Shown here: one piece after another, positions 1 to 6,924 of the stretch | Numbering within the stretch: position 1 is the stretch's first letter | Layout of the letters: every line of letters starts with the position of its first letter | Assembly: GCA_964603965.1 (NCBI GenBank) | Contig: CAZRWV010000001.1 | Location: 1 to 46,723, forward strand | Length of the DNA: 46,723 nucleotides | Direction of reading: 5' to 3' | Origin: an uncultured Candidatus Saccharibacteria bacterium | Lineage (GTDB): Bacteria; Patescibacteriota; Saccharimonadia; Saccharimonadales; UBA4665 | Notes under the pieces: model-generated | Told to the model about the DNA's origin: nothing | The model's database searches: none | The model's input: only the letters and a program-made list of their open reading frames with translations | Program-made: the position numbers and the translations under genes

Positions 1-55
1 TTATCTGAAGATTTGGTCCCAGCATTCGGGGGTTCGAATCCCTCCGCCCTAGCCA
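1..55 (+). repeat. att core, left copy (extent unknown because the window begins inside it)
   Basis: TTATCTGAAGATTTGGTCCCAGCATTCGGGGGTTCGAATCCCTCCGCCCTAGCCA is identical to 38658-38712. The sequences diverge immediately after CCA (ATGGAGAC here versus TATATAAG on the right). Confidence 0.85.
11..55 (+). tRNA. 3' 45 nt of a tRNA gene, tRNA-Gln(UUG)-like (anticodon loop to CCA); no 5' half is visible
   Basis: Reads as ATTTGGT (7-nt loop, T33, TTG anticodon), CCCAG, CATTC (variable loop), GGGGG/TTCGAAT/CCCTC (T arm), CGCCCTA (acceptor 3' strand, implying U1:A72), G73, CCA. The preceding TGAAG cannot pair with CCCAG, so the anticodon stem is not closed in the visible sequence. Confidence 0.55.
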
Positions 56-70
56 ATGGAGACAACAACA

Positions 71-100
71 GCCGTTATTCGAAAGAATAGCGGCTTTTTA
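71..100 (+). terminator. Rho-independent terminator in the phage arm just downstream of the tRNA-derived core
   Basis: 10-bp stem GCCGTTATTC/GAATAGCGGC (one G.U) with a GAAA loop, followed by TTTTTA. Confidence 0.8.
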
Positions 101-109
101 TTTGATCGG

Positions 110-132
110 GAGTCATGATTTGAGCGTCGTGG
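110..132 (+). repeat. 23-bp box repeated in both att arms (left copy)
   Basis: GAGTCATGATTTGAGCGTCGTGG matches 38420-38442 at 22 of 23 positions, in direct orientation. It starts 55 nt (54 intervening nt) right of the core here and ends 215 nt left of the core at the other end. Confidence 0.7.
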
Positions 133-265
133 CCCCAGGGAGCTAAAAAGCCCTGGCGACATCGTAATCGCGCAACAAAACAGATTGATGATCTGGCGCA
201 ACCACGATGGAACCAAAGTGAGTGACTTATCAGGGATGTGGAGTCCCTAATCGCAAAGGAGCGTT

Positions 266-787
266 ATGAAATACATCATAACAGCCCTGTTAAGTGCAGC
301 TTTAATTCTGCTCTTGCCAGGAACTCCGGTTAACAACTCAACCCCCGCAAGTACGAGAGTACGAACTGTGCAGGCCGTAGCTCCTGAAAAGGCTACTGAG
401 GTTAAATCCCCAGCCCCAACGGAACAGAAAACGGTAGTTGAACCGGTGCAACCACAGATAAAGGTGGTTGCAAAACCTATAAGCACAAACTGTGCGGACT
501 ATTCAGGATTAGTTTCTCAGTACGACTGGGACGTTAGAACAGCCTTGGCAATCATGCGAGCAGAAAGCGGATGTGATCCGAACGCAACCAATAGAGCTAA
601 CTACAACGGAACGGTAGATAGAGGACTTTTCCAGGTGAACAGTATTCACAGTGCAAAGGTAAACGGTAATTTAGACTCTCTGTACAACGCATCTACCAAT
701 GTATCGGTCGCGTACCGGATATATCTAGGAAGTGGGTGGAGGGCTTGGAGCGTCTACAATAACGGTCGATATTTGCAGTTCTTATAG
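266..787 (+). CDS. Secreted lysozyme-like / lytic transglycosylase (SLT-type) protein
   Basis: N-terminal hydrophobic signal-like segment, then a Pro/Val/Thr-rich linker, then AIMRAESGCDP...DRGLFQVNS...SVAYRIY motifs typical of the SLT fold. AAAGGAG RBS upstream. Confidence 0.75.
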   Translation: MKYIITALLSAALILLLPGTPVNNSTPASTRVRTVQAVAPEKATEVKSPAPTEQKTVVEPVQPQIKVVAKPISTNCADYSGLVSQYDWDVRTALAIMRAESGCDPNATNRANYNGTVDRGLFQVNSIHSAKVNGNLDSLYNASTNVSVAYRIYLGSGWRAWSVYNNGRYLQFL

Positions 788-1413
788 GTTAGATTGACTA
801 GTCAAAGTGGCTGTATAAGTGCTTGCCCAACTTAAGCAAGAAAAATGCCAAGCGAGTAAGAGCAGCTCATACAGTCAGCTAGTAGCAGTAATGCGGACTG
901 TGAGCCGATAGGGACACAAGAAGCCGCACATGTATAGAGGTTAATTCGTAACTGCCCGTAGCGTTCCATAAGGCAATGAACTCTATGTGTGACCACGCAC
1001 GCGGCTGTGGGTCTAACCCCACTGATAGCTACTAGCGCCACTTCTGACGGTAATTAACTGAAATCCTTTACGGTGAGCAATCGGCCGTAACTAAGTCCTA
1101 CGACGATAGAGTATGCGCAAGCAAATGGTACTCGCCTGAAATATAGCGAAGTCAGTAGGGTTAGTCGGTAAGAATCCGATTGCCGTCAGTAGTGGCTAGT
1201 CAATCTATGTTGTAGGCAGTAGTGCTAGAAATGAGTGGCGCAAAAGGCGGGCGCAGCGATGCAACGCAGGGGGTCATGCCCCGAGCAAGTAGACGCTACC
1301 GAAACTCCCAGAATTCAGCGGGCTGAGCCAACGGTAGTCCCAATGCTTAGATAAGACATATAGGGTGACAACCCGAAAATCCCTATCTCATTTCCAGCAC
1401 CATGCCTACAACA
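788..1413 (+). ncRNA. Candidate large structured RNA with two abutting closed domains; family unassigned
   Basis: No credible ORF. Helices: 790-804/1193-1207 (15 bp), 1041-1053/1180-1192, and 1208-1235/1387-1413 (24 bp in three segments). Internal hairpins at 922-1006, 1068-1090, 1109-1133 (GCAA loop) and 1360-1386. G.U pairs only work on the + strand. Confidence 0.4.
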
Positions 1414-1459
1414 AATGTTCATGCATCCATTGTCAGTAAATAACAATGGAGGAAACCAA

Positions 1460-1699
1460 ATGTCTGACGAACCACAACGCGAAATGACTTTCGGAGAGAA
1501 AGCAGTAGGGTTGAATTTTAACCCGAGTGGCGACACGACGGTAGCAAAGCTCAAGGAACACTACGCAGCAATCATTGATATCCTCAATGATGACCGTGGT
1601 GAAAACCGTGATGAGCGTGCCCGTCTCGCCTCTGTAGCTATCACCGAGGCTCAAGGCGCGCAGATGTGGGCTGTAAAGGCTGTAACCTTTACGCGTTAG
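1460..1699 (+). CDS. Small helical phage protein, possibly Acb2/Tad1-hairpin family (cyclic-nucleotide sponge candidate)
   Basis: GGAGGA RBS 6 nt upstream of the ATG. 79 aa with the motif FGEKAVGLNFNPSGD..V..LK..YA.IID.L...R.RLASVAITEAQGAQMWAVKAVT. The family assignment is from memory only. Confidence 0.5.
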   Translation: MSDEPQREMTFGEKAVGLNFNPSGDTTVAKLKEHYAAIIDILNDDRGENRDERARLASVAITEAQGAQMWAVKAVTFTR

Positions 1700-1851
1700 C
1701 TCAAGTGGTGTCTGCGAATAAGCGAGGCCAATAAGCAGGGGCGCGTGCGTATATATACCCTCAAGTCTCTTTGAAGTGTGAAGGCACGGTAAACGCTTCC
1801 CCCACCACCACGCCAGCCAGTTTTTTGCTGGCAACGGGTGCATGAACAAAC

Positions 1852-1959
1852 GTAGAGCGCATGAGCGTGGGAACGCGAGCCATTTTCTAGTCACTTTCAA
1901 CACAACTAGATCCTGGGCGCGGCGAGTGATGAGCTCGCACCCACGCTCATGCGCTCTAC
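1852..1959. repeat. Long inverted repeat / hairpin (20 bp perfect plus 6 bp)
   Basis: 1852-1871 GTAGAGCGCATGAGCGTGGG is the exact reverse complement of 1940-1959. 1875-1880 pairs with 1933-1938. There is also an inner TCTAGT/ACTAGA stem. Confidence 0.8.
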
Positions 1960-2042
1960 TGTGGGCTGGACTCTGGGTTGAACAGTAACGGCAGATGAGG
2001 CTATTCTGTCGTGCGTTTCAGCTCAGTATCCAGTCCACACCA

Positions 2043-2133
2043 CTTTACTGCTCACCCGGACAGGTGGGGGTGAATCTCGAAAACAACATGTTTGTAGCAA
2101 TCAGAGAGCCATCTGCCCGGACGAGCAGTAAAG
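2043..2133. repeat. Long imperfect hairpin (11+4+7 bp)
   Basis: 2043-2053 CTTTACTGCTC pairs with 2123-2133 GAGCAGTAAAG. Pairing continues at 2056-2059/2117-2120 and 2061-2067/2109-2115 (one G.U). Confidence 0.7.
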
Positions 2134-2333
2134 AATTGTGACTGACAAATATTAATTTATTGACCAATCGAATATGTGCCTGTGTTGAGGGTACGGCCAA
2201 CGGGCCAACTCCTGCGAAGCGGTTATAGTACTCAAGCTTTCCCGCTTTTAACAGACCGACGGAGGTACCTCCGCGTACGCAATTCGGCACAGCATGGGTG
2301 CATTTTCGGTTGGTCACAATTTTGGAGTTTGAA

Positions 2334-2627
2334 ATGAGTAAACCAGATAAGTTGCAAAAAGATGCAAAGAAAATGAACAACGAGTTGCATGAGATGACCG
2401 ATAAGTCTTTTAGGGATGGAGTACGCGAGGCGTGGGTATTCGTAAAGAGGCTCGCCGCCTCTATCTTCGCCGTAGGCGTTGGTGGATCGGGCGTACTAGC
2501 AGAGGTACACGCTACTGCGATGTACGCAGGTCTATATCGAGATGCGGTGATCGTATCCGGTGTGTGCGCCAGTCTCGCTGGCATTGCACTGCTGTACGCT
2601 GCGCTGATGAAAATCGGAAAGGACTAA
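2334..2627 (+). CDS. Small membrane protein (charged N-terminus, two hydrophobic helices)
   Basis: GGAG RBS before the ATG at 2334. Hydrophobic segments LAASIFAVGVGGSGVL and VSGVCASLAGIALLYAAL. Confidence 0.5.
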   Translation: MSKPDKLQKDAKKMNNELHEMTDKSFRDGVREAWVFVKRLAASIFAVGVGGSGVLAEVHATAMYAGLYRDAVIVSGVCASLAGIALLYAALMKIGKD

Positions 2628-2628
2628 C

Positions 2629-3432
2629 ATGGCTGAGGTTTCAATCGATGCGCTGCTGATTAGCAAGGGCATGACGGACACGAACGTAAGAAAGTTCGTA
2701 GCCTACATCAATGCTGAACGCCGCGCAGAGGCGACCAAAGACGCAAACAAACGGCCGATAACCAACAACACTGCCGATGAACTCGCTGATATCGCGCTCA
2801 AGTTTAACAACTTGGGTCTGACGGTGGACGGGGTGAACGTTGTCATTACCGGTAAGCGCATGGCAATGGTCACGTACCATGGCTACAAAAACAAAGTGCT
2901 CCAGGTCTACCCTGATGCGGAGTTCGATCTGCAGCTAGTGCGCGAGGATGACACTTTCAGTGTCGCCAAAGAGTCGGGGGCTGTGCAATACAGCCACCAG
3001 ATAAATGACCCGTTCGGTAACAAGAACATCATAGGTGCTTACTGCGTCATCAAAACGAGGCGTGGCGAGTTCCTGGAGCTGTTGAACGCGCACGACTACG
3101 AAGAGATGAAGAACGCCAGTAAACAATCGTTCCTATGGAACAAGTGGTCATCCGAGTTCTGGCTTAAGTCCGTCATAAAGCGAGCGTGCAAACGGCACTT
3201 CAATGATATCACCGCAGAAATCGACAAGATGGACAATGACGATTACGGTGCACGTGGGGATGGTGAGCAACATGTTTTAGAGGATGAGGAAATCACCGGC
3301 GCTATTGCAGCCGCGACTGATCGTCAGCAGTTTTCCGACATCTTGAAAAAGCTTACTCCAGAGCAGAAGCGCAGCGCTACACCTCTGATCGAACAGAGGA
3401 TAAGGGAGCTGGACAATGTCAACGCTGGTTGA
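2629..3432 (+). CDS. recT: RecT-family single-strand annealing recombinase
   Basis: YHGYKNKV...IIGAYCVIK...WNKWSSEFWLKSVIKRACKR pattern typical of RecT. Followed by a YqaJ-type exonuclease gene. Confidence 0.8.
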   Translation: MAEVSIDALLISKGMTDTNVRKFVAYINAERRAEATKDANKRPITNNTADELADIALKFNNLGLTVDGVNVVITGKRMAMVTYHGYKNKVLQVYPDAEFDLQLVREDDTFSVAKESGAVQYSHQINDPFGNKNIIGAYCVIKTRRGEFLELLNAHDYEEMKNASKQSFLWNKWSSEFWLKSVIKRACKRHFNDITAEIDKMDNDDYGARGDGEQHVLEDEEITGAIAAATDRQQFSDILKKLTPEQKRSATPLIEQRIRELDNVNAG

Positions 3433-4045
3433 AGCTGAGCAGCGTAGCCCGGAATGGTTTAAGGCTAGGCTTGGCGTTCCTACTGCGAGTGATTTCGACA
3501 AGGTTATGGCGGCCAACGAAACTGCCACGTACAGAAACTACGTGGCAGAAAAGGCTGCCGAGCGGTTGGCAGATAAGCCCTACAGTGAGCTGGCCGGCCG
3601 TAATTTCACGACCTGGGAAATGCAATGGGGCACCGACAATGAGCCTGTAGCGCGCCTCCAGTACATGCTAGCAAGCGGTAATGAGGTCGTGGAGACGGGC
3701 CTTTGGCTACATGACGAACTTGCCGCAGGGGCTAGCCCTGATGGCTTTGTGAACAACGACGGAACCTTGGAAATCAAATGCCCGAACACGGCTACGCACA
3801 TAGAAACGATGCGTAAGGGCGAGGTTCCCTACCAGTACAAATGGCAAGTCCAGGGCCAGCTATGGATTACCGGCCGCAAGTGGTGCGACTTCGTGAGTTT
3901 TGACCCACGCCTACCAGAGAACGCGCAGATGATAGTTATCACCGTAGATCGTGATGATGCTATGATTGTCCGCCTGGAAAACGGCGTAAGAGACTTTCTA
4001 AAAGACGTAGAAAGCACAGTTGAGTTCATTAAAAAGTTTGAGTAA
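3416..4045 (+). CDS. YqaJ/lambda-Exo-like PD-(D/E)XK recombination exonuclease
   Basis: QRSPEWFKARLGVPTASDF N-terminus, ASPDGFV...LEIKCP catalytic motifs, and QVQGQLWITGRKWCDFVSF. Confidence 0.85.
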   Translation: MSTLVEAEQRSPEWFKARLGVPTASDFDKVMAANETATYRNYVAEKAAERLADKPYSELAGRNFTTWEMQWGTDNEPVARLQYMLASGNEVVETGLWLHDELAAGASPDGFVNNDGTLEIKCPNTATHIETMRKGEVPYQYKWQVQGQLWITGRKWCDFVSFDPRLPENAQMIVITVDRDDAMIVRLENGVRDFLKDVESTVEFIKKFE

Positions 4046-4060
4046 AACGGAGGGTTTTAC

Positions 4061-4369
4061 ATGGCAGATGGCGTAAAAATGAGGCCAGCTTTTAATATCA
4101 CGTTCCCTAACGGCACATACACCGACAAGGACGGCAAAGAGAAAACACGGTGGCTGAACGTCGGCACGCTGTTTATCAGCGAGGACAAGCAACGTATGGC
4201 GATCAAGCTCGATGCAGTACCGACTTCGAAGGAGTTTGAGGGGTGGCTGAATGTGTTCCCGAAACAACGCAGCAGTGGCACGACCATTGATCAGGCAAAA
4301 GAGGCTGAGTCAGCCGGCCTGGACGACATAGGCGGTGACCCGATTAACCTCGATGAGATACCCTTCTAG
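4061..4369 (+). CDS. Small SSB-like protein with an acidic C-terminal tip
   Basis: Lies in the recombination module. The C-terminus ...GDPINLDEIPF resembles the SSB DDDIPF partner-binding tail. GGAGGG RBS. Confidence 0.5.
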   Translation: MADGVKMRPAFNITFPNGTYTDKDGKEKTRWLNVGTLFISEDKQRMAIKLDAVPTSKEFEGWLNVFPKQRSSGTTIDQAKEAESAGLDDIGGDPINLDEIPF

Positions 4370-4371
4370 CC

Positions 4372-4821
4372 ATGATTTTTAACTTGGCAGACTCACAGGA
4401 GTTGGCCAAGGCGCGTGAACATCTAAACGGGCTCGCAAGGCTCGGCAAACGAGTGGAGATAGTGAGGAAGGCCGAGCATCGAACGCTCAACCAAAACTCC
4501 TATCTCCACTTGGTTTTAGGCTATTTCGGTACACAGACTGGCTACACCCTAGAGGAAGCCAAAGTGCTGTACAAGCGCCTCAACTCCGACATCTACGTGT
4601 ACGAAAAGAAAGGTGCTAAGTTCGTGAGAAGCTCGGCTGACATCTCGAAAGAGGACATGGCGATAACCATTGACCGATTTATAGAGTATTCGGACAGGCA
4701 GGGCGTTCCCCTGCCCCAGGCCGACAACCAAGCTTTTATAGACCTGGCAACCAACACGATAGAGGCACAAAGACAGTATCTGGACGAGAGGGAAAAGTAC
4801 CCCTGGGAACGGAACAAATAA
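4372..4821 (+). CDS. NinB/Orf-like recombination mediator (tentative)
   Basis: RTLNQNSYLHLVLG motif resembles the R(S/T)xxQN signature of NinB-type proteins. Lies in the recombination module. Confidence 0.4.
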   Translation: MIFNLADSQELAKAREHLNGLARLGKRVEIVRKAEHRTLNQNSYLHLVLGYFGTQTGYTLEEAKVLYKRLNSDIYVYEKKGAKFVRSSADISKEDMAITIDRFIEYSDRQGVPLPQADNQAFIDLATNTIEAQRQYLDEREKYPWERNK

Positions 4822-4863
4822 CTTCGGCCTTTTGCATAAGGGTAAGCAAAGCGCCGAACTGGA

Positions 4864-5073
4864 GTGATGATGAGGAATGTACCTGAGGAATTATGGTGGA
4901 TGATTGGTTGGGCGCTAATCATATTAGCGGTCGGCGCTTCGGTAACTGGAATGATATACGCCGGCAATACATACGGCAACCTAGTAGCGAAACGCTGCAT
5001 TGAAAAAGGTGGCGAGTGGCGACTAGTAGATAACCGGTACTCGAACTACGAGTGCCGTCTTAACGATAAATAG
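4864..5073 (+). CDS. Small membrane protein
   Basis: GGAG precedes GTG/ATG starts at 4864-4870. One hydrophobic helix, WWMIGWALIILAVGASVTGMIY. Confidence 0.4.
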   Translation: MMMRNVPEELWWMIGWALIILAVGASVTGMIYAGNTYGNLVAKRCIEKGGEWRLVDNRYSNYECRLNDK

Positions 5074-5082
5074 AGGAAGAAT

Positions 5083-5325
5083 ATGAAAAAAGCACTGCAG
5101 AGCAAGACCATTTACGAGCCTAACCCAAACGTTAAGGTTACGGTGGTTAACAAACCCGTATTTGATGAGACTGGCAAGAAAATCGGGTACGACGCAAAGG
5201 TTACTGTCGCCTATCTAGCAAAGAAGCTGGATGAGGTAACGTTCACCAGTGATGATGACATAGCTGAATTTGTGGGTGCTATCGATTTCACCGATCCCCA
5301 GCAGCAGCTTTTGAAGGATGAGTAA
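5083..5325 (+). CDS. Hypothetical phage protein
   Basis: AGAGGAAG RBS. Same strand and tight spacing with its neighbours. Confidence 0.45.
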   Translation: MKKALQSKTIYEPNPNVKVTVVNKPVFDETGKKIGYDAKVTVAYLAKKLDEVTFTSDDDIAEFVGAIDFTDPQQQLLKDE

Positions 5326-5477
5326 TGAAAAAGCTTTGCCTAGCTGTCATGAAAGACGGCCATATGGAACGGATGCTCGTTAAGGTCGATACCATACAGA
5401 AAGTTGAAGACATCAAAGAGGCTCTAGGTTTCGCAGTTGATGAGTACTTTGAAGAATTGGAGGAAGATGATGGGTGA
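5325..5477 (+). CDS. Small acidic hypothetical protein (50 aa, below the ORF-track cutoff)
   Basis: The ATG overlaps the previous stop (TAATGA). My translation: MKKLCLAVMKDGHMERMLVKVDTIQKVEDIKEALGFAVDEYFEELEEDDG. Confidence 0.3.
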   Translation: MKKLCLAVMKDGHMERMLVKVDTIQKVEDIKEALGFAVDEYFEELEEDDG

Positions 5478-5781
5478 CCTATTTTCCAAAGAGAAACAAG
5501 CTTGGCTCGATGAATGCCGTGCAGCCGCACGTAGGCTGCTTACGACACGGGAAGAGATAACCGTGGAGGATGTGCTTGAGATATGCCCACGTCCTACCTA
5601 TATCCATAGAAATACTACCGGACAGATATTCAACCACAAAGACTTCCAGTTCGCTCGGTTCACTAAATCACGCCGGCACATAAGCAAGGGTCGATGGATT
5701 ATGCGCTGGAAGCTAGATGATTCGTTGTTTCTGACGTTACGCCAGATCGGCCGATCCAAGCACGTAGGGATGGCTAGGTAA
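5467..5781 (+). CDS. Hypothetical phage protein
   Basis: In-frame ATG at 5467 preceded by GGAGGA. The longer track start at 5437 lacks an RBS. Confidence 0.4.
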   Translation: MMGDLFSKEKQAWLDECRAAARRLLTTREEITVEDVLEICPRPTYIHRNTTGQIFNHKDFQFARFTKSRRHISKGRWIMRWKLDDSLFLTLRQIGRSKHVGMAR

Positions 5782-6308
5782 TGCTAGCCATCTTTTGTAG
5801 ACCACGTGGCAGACTTGTGACCGACTGGATGCAATTCAAGGATGGTGACACGGTTGATGTGTGCAGAATGCCGTACGACAGGATGTTTAGCAGGACACTT
5901 AGAGACGCATCGATCCGTCACAAGAAGGTCTGCCGTTATGGCAGCCTAACGATGACAGAGATATGGATTGACCACAAAAGTAAGTCATACGAACTTGGAT
6001 TCTTCTATACGGGGGATGACTACGACGGCGAATTCCACAAATCCACGATAGAAAAATGGTGGCTATATAAATTTAACGGACTGATCAAGGAGCCCTCGAT
6101 GGCAAACAAACTACTAGCACTCGTAAAACTGGACAAGAGTCAGCGCCGCCTGGCTAAGGTCGGCATCTACGATGAAAACGGCAATCTAACCGATGACGGA
6201 CAAGAGGTCTTGCTGAACATGCTCGCCAAGGATAACGAATCAAAACTGATCGATCTCGTTAAGGACTGGAAGGACGACAAAGACTGCAAGAAAAAGTCTG
6301 ACGATTAG
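5781..6308 (+). CDS. Hypothetical phage protein
   Basis: TAATG start/stop overlap with the upstream gene. 175 aa with no recognisable motif. Confidence 0.45.
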   Translation: MLAIFCRPRGRLVTDWMQFKDGDTVDVCRMPYDRMFSRTLRDASIRHKKVCRYGSLTMTEIWIDHKSKSYELGFFYTGDDYDGEFHKSTIEKWWLYKFNGLIKEPSMANKLLALVKLDKSQRRLAKVGIYDENGNLTDDGQEVLLNMLAKDNESKLIDLVKDWKDDKDCKKKSDD

Positions 6309-6319
6309 GCTGGCTGGCC

Positions 6320-6520
6320 ATGACCGCCGAACAACCAAAGGCCGCAGAGCCCCACGTGCACAAATACGACCGTCGGGTTAAACGCAAGGCCCCACTCTAC
6401 AGCTTCGAATACATTGAGGGACAGTTGGTCAGCTCGCTTATCGGGCACGACTATCTGTTGATGCGGAAGTGTAAATGCGGCGACGTGGAGACTTACGACC
6501 TAGTGAGGCAATTGATATGA
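6320..6520 (+). CDS. Hypothetical phage protein
   Basis: ORF in the operon context. No motif recognised. Confidence 0.4.
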   Translation: MTAEQPKAAEPHVHKYDRRVKRKAPLYSFEYIEGQLVSSLIGHDYLLMRKCKCGDVETYDLVRQLI

Positions 6521-6590
6521 CGATCGAACGTCTCTGCCCGAAATGCGGCTGCAGACAAACAGATAACCCTCGGGTAAAGGATAGGTGCAT

Positions 6591-6914
6591 ATGCGATGTA
6601 GTAAATGCGGCAAAAGAGCCTTTGGCGAACTCTGCTTTAACTGCAAACCACGAAAGCCGATTGCGACAAAACGCGGGCCGAAAAAGATCGGCAAGTACGG
6701 CCGAAAGTGGCTAGAAACCCGTGACAAGTGGTTGGAGCAGAACAAAGCGCCATATTACTTCTGCTACATCTGCGGCAAGATGCTGACCCGGAGTCAACTG
6801 ACCCTGGATCACGTCAAAAGCCGCTCACGCCACCCTGAGTTGAGATTCAGTCTAAAAAACCTCCAGCCGTGCTGCTGGGAGTGCAACACACGAAAAGGCA
6901 GTAACGACAATTAA
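6591..6914 (+). CDS. HNH endonuclease with an N-terminal zinc ribbon
   Basis: CSKCGK...CFNC ribbon, then LTLDHVKSRS...NLQPCCWECNTRKG (HNH core). The frame is closed at 6582, so the start is GTG 6585 or ATG 6591. Confidence 0.8.
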   Translation: MRCSKCGKRAFGELCFNCKPRKPIATKRGPKKIGKYGRKWLETRDKWLEQNKAPYYFCYICGKMLTRSQLTLDHVKSRSRHPELRFSLKNLQPCCWECNTRKGSNDN

Positions 6915-6924
6915 CGGAGTAACT

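Noticed and set aside
1-55. tmRNA (ssrA) 3' end as the integration target
   Set aside because: The discriminator is G, not A. The implied acceptor stem (UAGGGCG/CGCCCUA) has G3:C70 rather than the obligatory G3:U70. The variable loop CATTC, U1:A72 and G73 fit tRNA-Gln far better.
790-1207. MITE with 13-15 bp terminal inverted repeats and a TA duplication
   Set aside because: Not fully excluded, but less likely. The arms include a G.U position, a second helix stacks directly on the first, and an independent closed domain starts at the next base. That fits an RNA fold better. It is kept as the alternative in the finding.
785-1210. Group I intron interrupting the SLT-like gene
   Set aside because: The ORF ends with a complete SLT-type domain and an in-frame TAG. 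No downstream exon continues the protein. I could not identify a P7/G-binding core by eye.
1703-2045. 9-bp long-range pairing 1703-1711/2037-2045 (and the 8-bp pairing 37944-37951/38247-38254)
   Set aside because: Matches of 8-9 nt within regions of about 0.5-0.6 kb are expected about once by chance, so they are not used as evidence for structure.
832-2584. - strand track ORFs 832-1041, 1315-1554, 1433-1903 and 2045-2584
   Set aside because: They lack an RBS, have odd Cys/Arg/Ser-rich or low-complexity translations, overlap better-supported + strand genes (1460-1699, 2334-2627), and coincide with hairpin arms.
6517-6714. ORF overlapping the HNH endonuclease gene in another frame
   Set aside because: About 124 nt would overlap the well-supported HNH ORF. 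Only its first 25 or so residues look protein-like. I see no slippery site to support a programmed frameshift.
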